Of a DNA stretch of 64,000 bases, positions 57,924-64,000 are shown piece after piece. The stretch's first letter is position 1. Each line of letters opens with the position of its first letter. The notes beneath the pieces are model-generated. The model worked only from the letters and a program-made list of their open reading frames with translations. It did not search any database and was not told the origin of the DNA. Position numbers and translations under genes: made by a program. Origin of the DNA: Spirochaetota bacterium (GTDB lineage Bacteria; Spirochaetota; Spirochaetia; DTKZ01); NCBI GenBank assembly GCA_026418195.1, contig JAOABU010000095.1, positions 17,964 to 81,963 on the forward strand, read 5' to 3'.

Positions 57924-59183
57924 TTGCTATTATTTAAGACGATGAGCACAGCAGTATCCCGCATCGAGAAAGAGTTCATACTCAAATCTCTGTCAGAAAA
58001 AGCAGCACCGATGGAAATGCGGTATAGGAACCATTGGATTTCTTGCGTCTTAAAAGAAGTGAATCCATCGGATATCGTTCTGAAATACGTGGATATTCCC
58101 AAAGAACCTTTGAGAATTGGGGAGAAGGTAGATCTGTTCTTTAAATTCCGAGGAGCTCGAATGACCTTTCGTTCCCATCTCATCGCTTTCGATCAGGAGG
58201 AAGTGAGGGTAGCCTTTCCAAAGGGGATCTATCGAGATCTATCCCGAGGGTACGAGAGGGTTACCCCACCGGGGGATGTGGGTATTTCCTTTCTCATTCA
58301 GGGTGAGAAGGTAGAACTGAATTTCCCCAAATCGGAAAGCTACGACGTGCCGGAAGAACCCGCAGCTACTGCGAACTTCGATGCCTCGAAGATCACGAAT
58401 CTGCTCCAAGCTTTCAGGGAAAAGGCAAGGGAACTATCCTCAGAACATAAGATCGTAATGTTCCGGGAACGGAAACCAGAAACCTTCGAAGAACAACTCG
58501 TTGCTCATACGGGCAAAATCTTCCTCTATCCCCAGAGTATCAATCCCAATATTCCAGAGAAGGATCTAGTCCTCTCTGCCAAGATCCTGACCCAGGAAGA
58601 GGTGATCCTTTCGGAAACAAACCGAGGGAAAGAACTGTTCGATGTACTCCAAACTATTGCTACGTTAAATAAAGAAAAAGAACGAAAAGGGATCCTGCAG
58701 GAACTGTATTGTCCCATCCTCTTTCATCAGTACGTAGTTGGGTACCTCTACCTGGTGATGTTCAAAGAAGGGGGAGGACGGTATACCCAAAAAGTGGTGG
58801 AGTTCGTAAGCCAGTTCGCGCGGTTGTTAGCGTATAGTCTCATGGTGAACGGGTATTTCAAGGGAGAACCGGTCAAAGAGAAAGTCGATACTGCCGAGAT
58901 CGTCGATATAAGTGCTTCTGGGATCCTGTTTGCCCTTCCACGGGAACCGTACGAGTCCCTATTCCAGCTATTCATGGATCTGGAGTTTTCTCTATCTATT
59001 GGGGGACGAAACCTCAAGATCGGAGGTCGAGTGATGCGGAAGTTCACCGACCAGACTCATTTATACATTGGGATCATGTTCCTCGATATCCAAGAGGCTG
59101 ATCGGCTCTTCCTTATGGAGTACTTGTACGGAACGACGGAAGTTCCCGATTTCTATCCTTCATCGGAGGAATGGGATCTGTAG
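57924..59183 (+). CDS. PilZ-domain protein (c-di-GMP receptor-like), 419 aa with extended N-terminal region
   Basis: C-terminal PilZ motifs: RVMRKF-type RxxxR region and DISASGILFAL (DxSxxG). Confidence 0.65.
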   Translation: MLLFKTMSTAVSRIEKEFILKSLSEKAAPMEMRYRNHWISCVLKEVNPSDIVLKYVDIPKEPLRIGEKVDLFFKFRGARMTFRSHLIAFDQEEVRVAFPKGIYRDLSRGYERVTPPGDVGISFLIQGEKVELNFPKSESYDVPEEPAATANFDASKITNLLQAFREKARELSSEHKIVMFRERKPETFEEQLVAHTGKIFLYPQSINPNIPEKDLVLSAKILTQEEVILSETNRGKELFDVLQTIATLNKEKERKGILQELYCPILFHQYVVGYLYLVMFKEGGGRYTQKVVEFVSQFARLLAYSLMVNGYFKGEPVKEKVDTAEIVDISASGILFALPREPYESLFQLFMDLEFSLSIGGRNLKIGGRVMRKFTDQTHLYIGIMFLDIQEADRLFLMEYLYGTTEVPDFYPSSEEWDL

Positions 59184-59506
59184 AGGGAAAGCAGGATGTC
59201 GTAAGCTCCCTTCTTTCCTTCTTCGAAATGGGATAGCTTCGCTCCGATACTGGTGAATACAGGATCCGTGCGAATCCACCGAATCTCGATCTCTGCTGTG
59301 AATGGCTCGAATCCTGCATCCCCTTCTGGAAGGATCTTCACAGTGCAAATATCCTGGGGATTCACACAGGGTTCGAAAGGAACCGGAACATCGATCCGCA
59401 TACCCTGCTCGCTAATATCCCGGATATAGGCAGGTACATCGTTGGCTAGGAATATCAACTTCCCATAGCAGGGTTCTCTCTTTTCCCTTCGTTTATTGTT
59501 GCTCAT
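59153..59506 (-). CDS. Small single-domain PilZ protein
   Basis: NKRREKREP (RxxxR-like) then YIRDISEQGMRIDV (DxSxxG). Start placed at the internal ATG 59506. Overlaps the upstream HATPase gene by 14 nt and the convergent PilZ gene by 31 nt. Confidence 0.55.
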   Translation of the reverse strand: MSNNKRREKREPCYGKLIFLANDVPAYIRDISEQGMRIDVPVPFEPCVNPQDICTVKILPEGDAGFEPFTAEIEIRWIRTDPVFTSIGAKLSHFEEGKKGAYDILLSLYRSHSSDEG

Positions 59507-60071
59507 AGGTTCCTGCCTCACGCTCTGAGATAGTACCCGTATCACAAGGTCTGAAATCTGCAAGGACGTGTGTTCCCACAATGGAAGGATCCCCCCAAGG
59601 GCGTGGTCGTCCTTCCAGATCTACGAATTGAAGGGTAAAACGATGAAAAACCTTTTTCGCTATGATCAAACCCATACCAAACCGTTTGTTTTCATGGATC
59701 CTACGATACTGCAGGAATGGATCGGTGTTTAAGTTTTCTGGGATGTTCGTATCAAATAGATTGTAGGGTAGTTTATGGGGGTCGAAGCCACCCCCTTTGT
59801 CCTTTACCTCGATTCGAAGGTTCGAACTGCCTGCTTGAAGTCTGACTAAAATGGGATCCTTTATGCCCTTTTCCCGATGGGCGCGCAAGGAATTATTGAT
59901 GAGTTCTAGGAGGGCATAGGAGATATGGTCTTTCTTTGTAAAGGATGGGTAAAACGAAATGGCATTCAGAACCGGTACGATTTGATGGATTCTGCAATGG
60001 GGAAGAATATGGAAGCGAAGCTCGCGCAAGCGTTTTTTCCTAAACAGGATGGAGCAGCTCTGAGTCGCCAT
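59493..60071 (-). CDS. Stand-alone HATPase_c (GHKL) domain protein, anti-sigma-factor/Ser-kinase-like
   Basis: LLELINNSLRAH (N-box) ... IEVKDKGGGFD (G1) ... GMGLIIAKKV (G2). No HisKA/DHp domain. Confidence 0.7.
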   Translation of the reverse strand: MATQSCSILFRKKRLRELRFHILPHCRIHQIVPVLNAISFYPSFTKKDHISYALLELINNSLRAHREKGIKDPILVRLQAGSSNLRIEVKDKGGGFDPHKLPYNLFDTNIPENLNTDPFLQYRRIHENKRFGMGLIIAKKVFHRFTLQFVDLEGRPRPWGDPSIVGTHVLADFRPCDTGTISEREAGTYEQQ

Positions 60072-60196
60072 CGAACCCTATTATACAGTAGTTGATGGAG
60101 TTTTGCGAGGAGGAATTCTTGCATTCTTGGAGGGATTACTAGATCCATCAACGTTGTGTAGATCAACGAAGGTCTCCGGATCTAGTGCATACTAGT

Positions 60197-60595
60197 TCAT
60201 GTTGAAGGTTTCAATTCTTTCAAAGCGAATTCTGGAGGAAGGGGAGTGGGCTTCCCTTCCCTATTCACACAGAACCAACTTACTTCAGCTGTGGCAAGGA
60301 GGGATTTCTCCCTAAAAACCTCTTGCCGGAATACACCGAAAGCTCCTCGAAAGCGTACGGGCTCGGTAACGATGGTGAGATGATCTCCATATAGGGCGGG
60401 CAATTTGTAGGTGATGCAAACTCGCGCAACTACCAGTCCGAGGCCCGCCTTTCGAAAGGCCGCATAATCGAACCCGAGAGCGTTTAAAAACTCCATTCGC
60501 GCATATTCCAGGTACTGAAGGTATACTGCATTGTTCACATGGCCGTAGCTATCGCATTCGTAACTCCGTACTGTTAATGTACATGTATGTTTCAT
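60197..60595 (-). CDS. Acyl-CoA thioesterase, hotdog fold (YbgC/4HBT family)
   Basis: TVRSYECDSYGHVNNAVYLQYLEYAR is the 4HBT active-site region. Confidence 0.85.
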   Translation of the reverse strand: MKHTCTLTVRSYECDSYGHVNNAVYLQYLEYARMEFLNALGFDYAAFRKAGLGLVVARVCITYKLPALYGDHLTIVTEPVRFRGAFGVFRQEVFREKSLLATAEVSWFCVNREGKPTPLPPEFALKELKPST

Positions 60596-60613
60596 TTGTG
60601 CAACCTCAAACTC

Positions 60614-60643
60614 TTGACAGAGATTTAGCCCTGTTGGTATAGT
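60614..60643 (+). promoter_or_regulatory. Near-consensus sigma70 promoter TTGACA-18-TATAGT for the tRNA gene
   Basis: Perfect -35 and 5/6 -10, ending about 17 nt before the tRNA 5' end. Confidence 0.65.
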
Positions 60644-60659
60644 TCCTATGCTTTTCTAC

Positions 60660-60732
60660 GGTGGCGTAGCTCAGTCGGTAGAGCAAGCGGCTCATATCCG
60701 CTTGGTCAGGGGTTCAAGTCCCTTCGCCACTA
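60660..60732 (+). tRNA. tRNA-Met(CAU) (elongator-type or lysidine-modified tRNA-Ile2). CCA not encoded. G1·U72 closing pair.
   Basis: Hand-folded cloverleaf: acceptor GGTGGCG/CGCCACT, D-arm GCTC-AGTCGGTA-GAGC, anticodon arm AGCGG-CTCATAT-CCGCT (anticodon CAT), variable loop TGGTC, T-arm AGGGG-TTCAAGT-CCCTT. Lacks the initiator-specific features (C1·A72, 3 G-C pairs in the anticodon stem). Confidence 0.8.
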
Positions 60733-60742
60733 AAACGAACCA

Positions 60743-61453
60743 TTATAGGTTGGGCGGATTCCCCAAAGTTTCACCTCGGATTCGACAGGGAACTCCTTTT
60801 TGTTGAAACTGATCCTTCACCTCCTGCAGGAAAGAATAGGGATAGGGGGTTACCCTGCGCCCATAGTCGGGATCGAGGACATGATGCACTCGTACTCCTG
60901 TAAGAACTACTTGCATGGCTCCCTTTAAATGGGTTGCCCATTCTCTAGCATCGGAAAGGTCAAAGATTTCCGGCGCTACGGTAATGCGAAACTCGTGAGG
61001 TAGCCCTAAACGAATGAGAAGGCGGGCCGATTCCCGTACTATCGTGCCTGTTTCTTTCCTCCCTCCCACCAGAGAATATTTCTCGGGAGCGGTTTTTATA
61101 TCCATGGCAATGTAATCCGGGCGAAGCGTTTCGAAGACCTCCGGCTTGGTTCCGTTGGTATCTACCTTTACCCTATACCCTATCGCTTGGATATCCTTGA
61201 TTAAATCTTGCAATCCGGGAACTAGGAGGGGTTCTCCACCAGAAATACAGACCCCCTGTAGGATGGATCTCCTCTTCTCGAGGAACCTAAGGATTGCTTC
61301 CCAACTCTCCATCCCTTCTGGTTCCGGGCCTTCCACCAGTTCTGGATTGTGGCAGTAGGGACATCGTAGATTGCATCCCCGTGCAAAGAGCACAGCGGAT
61401 ACGAATCCCGGATAATCGATGAGACTCGTCTTTTCTAATGCGAATCGGACCAT
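60743..61453 (-). CDS. nrdG: Anaerobic ribonucleoside-triphosphate reductase activating protein (radical SAM)
   Basis: CNLRCPYCHNPE radical-SAM cluster motif near the N-terminus. About 235 aa. Confidence 0.85.
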   Translation of the reverse strand: MVRFALEKTSLIDYPGFVSAVLFARGCNLRCPYCHNPELVEGPEPEGMESWEAILRFLEKRRSILQGVCISGGEPLLVPGLQDLIKDIQAIGYRVKVDTNGTKPEVFETLRPDYIAMDIKTAPEKYSLVGGRKETGTIVRESARLLIRLGLPHEFRITVAPEIFDLSDAREWATHLKGAMQVVLTGVRVHHVLDPDYGRRVTPYPYSFLQEVKDQFQQKGVPCRIRGETLGNPPNL

Positions 61454-61914
61454 TGGATCGATAGTCGAGGTCGGAGATCCTCTAGTTGATCCACCGTATG
61501 GGCCTCAATAATGGGCCGACCATTCCTGTCGAAGAAGAGTACTGTAGGAGTCGAAAGGATCTGATACGTTTTTGCTTCCGACAGTCCCTCCTCCGTATCC
61601 ACGTCCACTTGTTTCCCAGAAATGGGAAGTTGAGAAACATACTCTTTCACGGGCGGACAGTTAGGACATGTCTTCCGATAGAAGTACCGGTATTCGGCAA
61701 CTTCTCGAGGAGCTTGCATTTCTGGATTTTTCTCCTTCGGAGGATCAAACGTTACTCGCAATCTGTATTCTTCTTTTTTCCCTTTGTTCCAGTTTCTTAG
61801 GGAACGGTAGTAGCCCACAATACGGGTGTACACTTCGCATTCCGTTCCTTGTACCGATTCCATTTGAGCTCGCAGTAGGGCGAGTTCTGCTTCTATTTCC
61901 TGTAGGGTTCTCAT
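61435..61914 (-). CDS. Glycyl-radical module of class III RNR (YTRIVGYY...WNKGKKEE) fused to a thioredoxin-fold CPNC domain; separate ORF in-frame with nrdD
   Basis: Residues about 25-55 match the NrdD C-terminal glycyl-radical signature (R-x-x-G-Y-x7-(F/W)N-x-GK-x-EE). The C-terminal half has CPNC, a cis-Pro TP, and VLFFD. Own RBS GGAGGAG 7 nt upstream of the ATG. Confidence 0.7.
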   Translation of the reverse strand: MRTLQEIEAELALLRAQMESVQGTECEVYTRIVGYYRSLRNWNKGKKEEYRLRVTFDPPKEKNPEMQAPREVAEYRYFYRKTCPNCPPVKEYVSQLPISGKQVDVDTEEGLSEAKTYQILSTPTVLFFDRNGRPIIEAHTVDQLEDLRPRLSIQWSDSH

Positions 61915-61932
61915 GCTTGTACTCCTCCACGT

Positions 61933-63960
61933 TTATTTAGCGTTGATCAAAATCAATTCCCGTTCTTTCTCTAAGTCCCTGATCTTCCGTTGCAGGGCTT
62001 CCTTTAATTCCGTTTCGCACTTGGGGCAGGTCATGTGTTCTCCTGAAAGGTACCCATGAACAGGGCAGATAGAGAAGGTTGGGGTGATGGTGAAATACGG
62101 GATACGGTAGTTTTCCGCTATCGCCCGTACCAGATTCCTGCATGCTCGCCAATCCTCGATAGCTTCCCCAATGAAGGCGTGGAATACAGTTCCTCCCGTA
62201 TATTTTGTCTGGATTTCTTCCTGATGATCCAGAGCATCGAAGATGTCCATACGGTAGGTTACCGGAATTTGGGTAGAGTTGGTGTAGTAGGGTTCCCGTT
62301 CACCTGCGGTGATGATGTCGGCAAATTTCTCTTTATCATGTTTTGCCAGTCGGTACGAAGTGCTTTCGGCAGGAGTAGCCTCCAGGTTGAAAAGGTCTCC
62401 TGTATCGGTTTGATAGAGTACTAATCGCTCCCTCATATGATCCAGAATCTCAAGGGTGAACTGTTTTCCTTCAGGCGAAACGATGTCTTTACCTAGGAAG
62501 TTCAGCAAGCACTCGTTCATCCCGCAAATCCCAATAGTAGAGAAATGGTTGTTGAGGGTTTTCAAGTACCTCCTTGTGTAGGGGAAGAGCCCTGCTTCCA
62601 GGAGCCGACTGATCACTTTTCGTTTGATCGTGAGGGATTCGGCAGCTAAATCCATCAGATGATCCAACCTCTGGAAAAAGTCCCTTCGAGAGTCCGCTAA
62701 ATACCCGATTCGGGGTAAATTGATGGTTACCACACCGATGGATCCGGTGAGCTCATCTGACCCAAAGAGCCCTCCTCCCCGTTTCCGCAACTCTCGTTTA
62801 TCCAGTTGCAACCGACAGCACATGGACCGGACGTCACCGGGCCGAAGGTCTGAATTGATGAAATTCTGGAAATAGGGAGTTCCATACTTGGCAGTCATTT
62901 CGAAAAGTAAACGAGCATTCTCGCTTTCCCAATCAAAGGTGCGGGTGATGTTGTAGGTTGGGATGGGGTATTGGAATCCCCGTCCATTGGCATCTCCTTG
63001 GAGCATCAGTTTGATAAAAGCCCGGTTGATCATGTCCATCTCTTTTTGGCAATCACCATAGGTAAACGTAGCAGGTTTTCCCCCTACGATGGCGGGCTTA
63101 TCCTGTAGATCTTCTGGTACTGTCCAGTCCAGTGTGATGTTGGTGAAGGGAGCTTGGCTTCCCCATCGGGATGGGGTATTTACCCCAAAAACGAAGCTTT
63201 GGATGCATTGGGTCACTTCCTCCTCATCCAATCCATCCGCCCTCACGAACGGGGCGAGGTAGGTGTCGAAGCTGGAGAACGCCTGTGCCCCTGCCCATTC
63301 GTTCTGCATGATGCCCAGGAAGTTCACGATCTGCTGAATCAACGTGGAAAGGTGACGCGCCGGTCTTGAGGTGATTTTGTCAGGCACTCCTCCCAGTCCT
63401 TCCTCTATGAGCTGACGCAACGACCAGCCGGCACAGTACCCAGAGAACATGGAGAGATCGTGGATGTGAAAATCTGCGTTTCGATGAGCTTCCGCAATGG
63501 GTTCGGGATAGATGTTCTTCAGCCAATAATTCGCTGTGATGGTACCTGAGTTGTGGAGAATGAGACCTCCCAGTGAAAAATTAACATTCGCATTCTCATT
63601 CACCCTCCAGTCCGTCTGGTTCAGGTATCCATCCATCGTACTGTTGATGTCCAGCATCAATTTCTGCGTATCCCGCATCACCTCATGCCGTGCCCGATAC
63701 AGGATGTACGCTTTGGCGATATCTACCTGTTTTGCTTCGATCAGGACGGTCTCCACTAGATCCTGTATTTCTTCTATGGCGGGGGCAGAGTTTGGATGTC
63801 TGCCCTTCATGAAATCCACCAGTTTCTTCTCTACTTGCCGGGTTAATCCTTCCGCTAGGTCCGTATCTTCCTGGTTCCGCACTGCTCGAATGGCCTTGTG
63901 GATAGCGTTGAAAATCTTCTCCCGGTTGTACTTTTCCAGAGTCCCGTTTCGTTTTACCAC
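61933..63960 (-). CDS. nrdD: Anaerobic (class III) ribonucleoside-triphosphate reductase catalytic subunit, ending after the Zn-ribbon and lacking the glycyl-radical motif
   Basis: N-terminal ATP-cone (VKRNGTLEKYNREKIFNAI), catalytic core, and C-terminal CPVH...CPKC Zn-ribbon. No R-x-x-G-Y motif about 16 residues after the last Cys. Stop TAA at 61933-61935. Confidence 0.85.
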   Translation of the reverse strand: MVKRNGTLEKYNREKIFNAIHKAIRAVRNQEDTDLAEGLTRQVEKKLVDFMKGRHPNSAPAIEEIQDLVETVLIEAKQVDIAKAYILYRARHEVMRDTQKLMLDINSTMDGYLNQTDWRVNENANVNFSLGGLILHNSGTITANYWLKNIYPEPIAEAHRNADFHIHDLSMFSGYCAGWSLRQLIEEGLGGVPDKITSRPARHLSTLIQQIVNFLGIMQNEWAGAQAFSSFDTYLAPFVRADGLDEEEVTQCIQSFVFGVNTPSRWGSQAPFTNITLDWTVPEDLQDKPAIVGGKPATFTYGDCQKEMDMINRAFIKLMLQGDANGRGFQYPIPTYNITRTFDWESENARLLFEMTAKYGTPYFQNFINSDLRPGDVRSMCCRLQLDKRELRKRGGGLFGSDELTGSIGVVTINLPRIGYLADSRRDFFQRLDHLMDLAAESLTIKRKVISRLLEAGLFPYTRRYLKTLNNHFSTIGICGMNECLLNFLGKDIVSPEGKQFTLEILDHMRERLVLYQTDTGDLFNLEATPAESTSYRLAKHDKEKFADIITAGEREPYYTNSTQIPVTYRMDIFDALDHQEEIQTKYTGGTVFHAFIGEAIEDWRACRNLVRAIAENYRIPYFTITPTFSICPVHGYLSGEHMTCPKCETELKEALQRKIRDLEKERELILINAK

Positions 63961-64000
63961 GAATCGGACACCTACAGATGGGGCCTCCTCTCGAATACCG

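Noticed and set aside
61933-61935. The in-frame stop between nrdD and the glycyl-radical ORF as a selenocysteine (UGA) recoding site
   Set aside because: The stop is TAA, not TGA. No SECIS-like hairpin is evident immediately downstream, and a strong independent RBS precedes the next ATG.
62000-62080. HGYL within the NrdD Zn-ribbon (…CPVHGYLSGEHMTCPKC…) as the glycyl-radical motif
   Set aside because: It lies between the two metal-binding pairs rather than about 16 residues after the last Cys. It also lacks the flanking R-x-x-GY…(F/W)NxGKxEE context, which is instead present in the downstream ORF.

Overview
The window is a 64-kb bacterial chromosomal segment of about 50% GC, densely coded on both strands. 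The gene content looks spirochaete-like: lipobox-type signal peptides, several PilZ proteins, and a TPR-protein/mutL adjacency like Borrelia lmp1-mutL. That attribution is an inference. Recognisable genes include: glgP, hom, a rhomboid protease, prfA-prmC-relA/spoT, tpx, trmL, proC, serS, a NeuB-like synthase, feoB, and a GntR-linked catabolic cluster (TctC binding protein, DapA-like lyase, Ldh2-family dehydrogenase, RraA-like aldolase). Further along come a ribD-ribE-ribB-ribH operon behind a clear FMN riboswitch with promoter and attenuator, a sensor histidine kinase with two periplasmic binding domains, a thymidine/pyrimidine phosphorylase, recJ, an M23 peptidase and rpsU. Next are a nuclease-flavoured operon (ParB-like, metallophosphoesterase, TM-TPR-Mrr_cat), three TPR proteins, mutL, a trio of large predicted outer-membrane or secreted proteins including one of 1612 aa, an ion-channel protein, DUF503, a cyclic-dinucleotide-flavoured cluster (ComFB-like, YbjN-like, HD hydrolase, two PilZ proteins, a stand-alone HATPase_c), a thioesterase, a tRNA-Met(CAU) with a consensus promoter, and nrdG-nrdD. 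The most unusual feature is the class III ribonucleotide reductase, which appears split. nrdD ends right after its Zn-ribbon and lacks the glycyl-radical motif. That motif (RIVGYY...WNKGKKEE) sits at the N-terminus of the next small ORF, which is in the same frame, preceded by a single TAA and its own GGAGGAG RBS, and fused to a thioredoxin-fold CPNC domain. Other notable items are a 21-bp x 9 tandem heptad repeat inside a gene with a PD-(D/E)XK-like C-terminus, direct-repeat palindromic operators in the GntR-linked cluster, and two pairs of convergent overlapping genes. All product calls rest on motif recognition by eye; no database searches were run.
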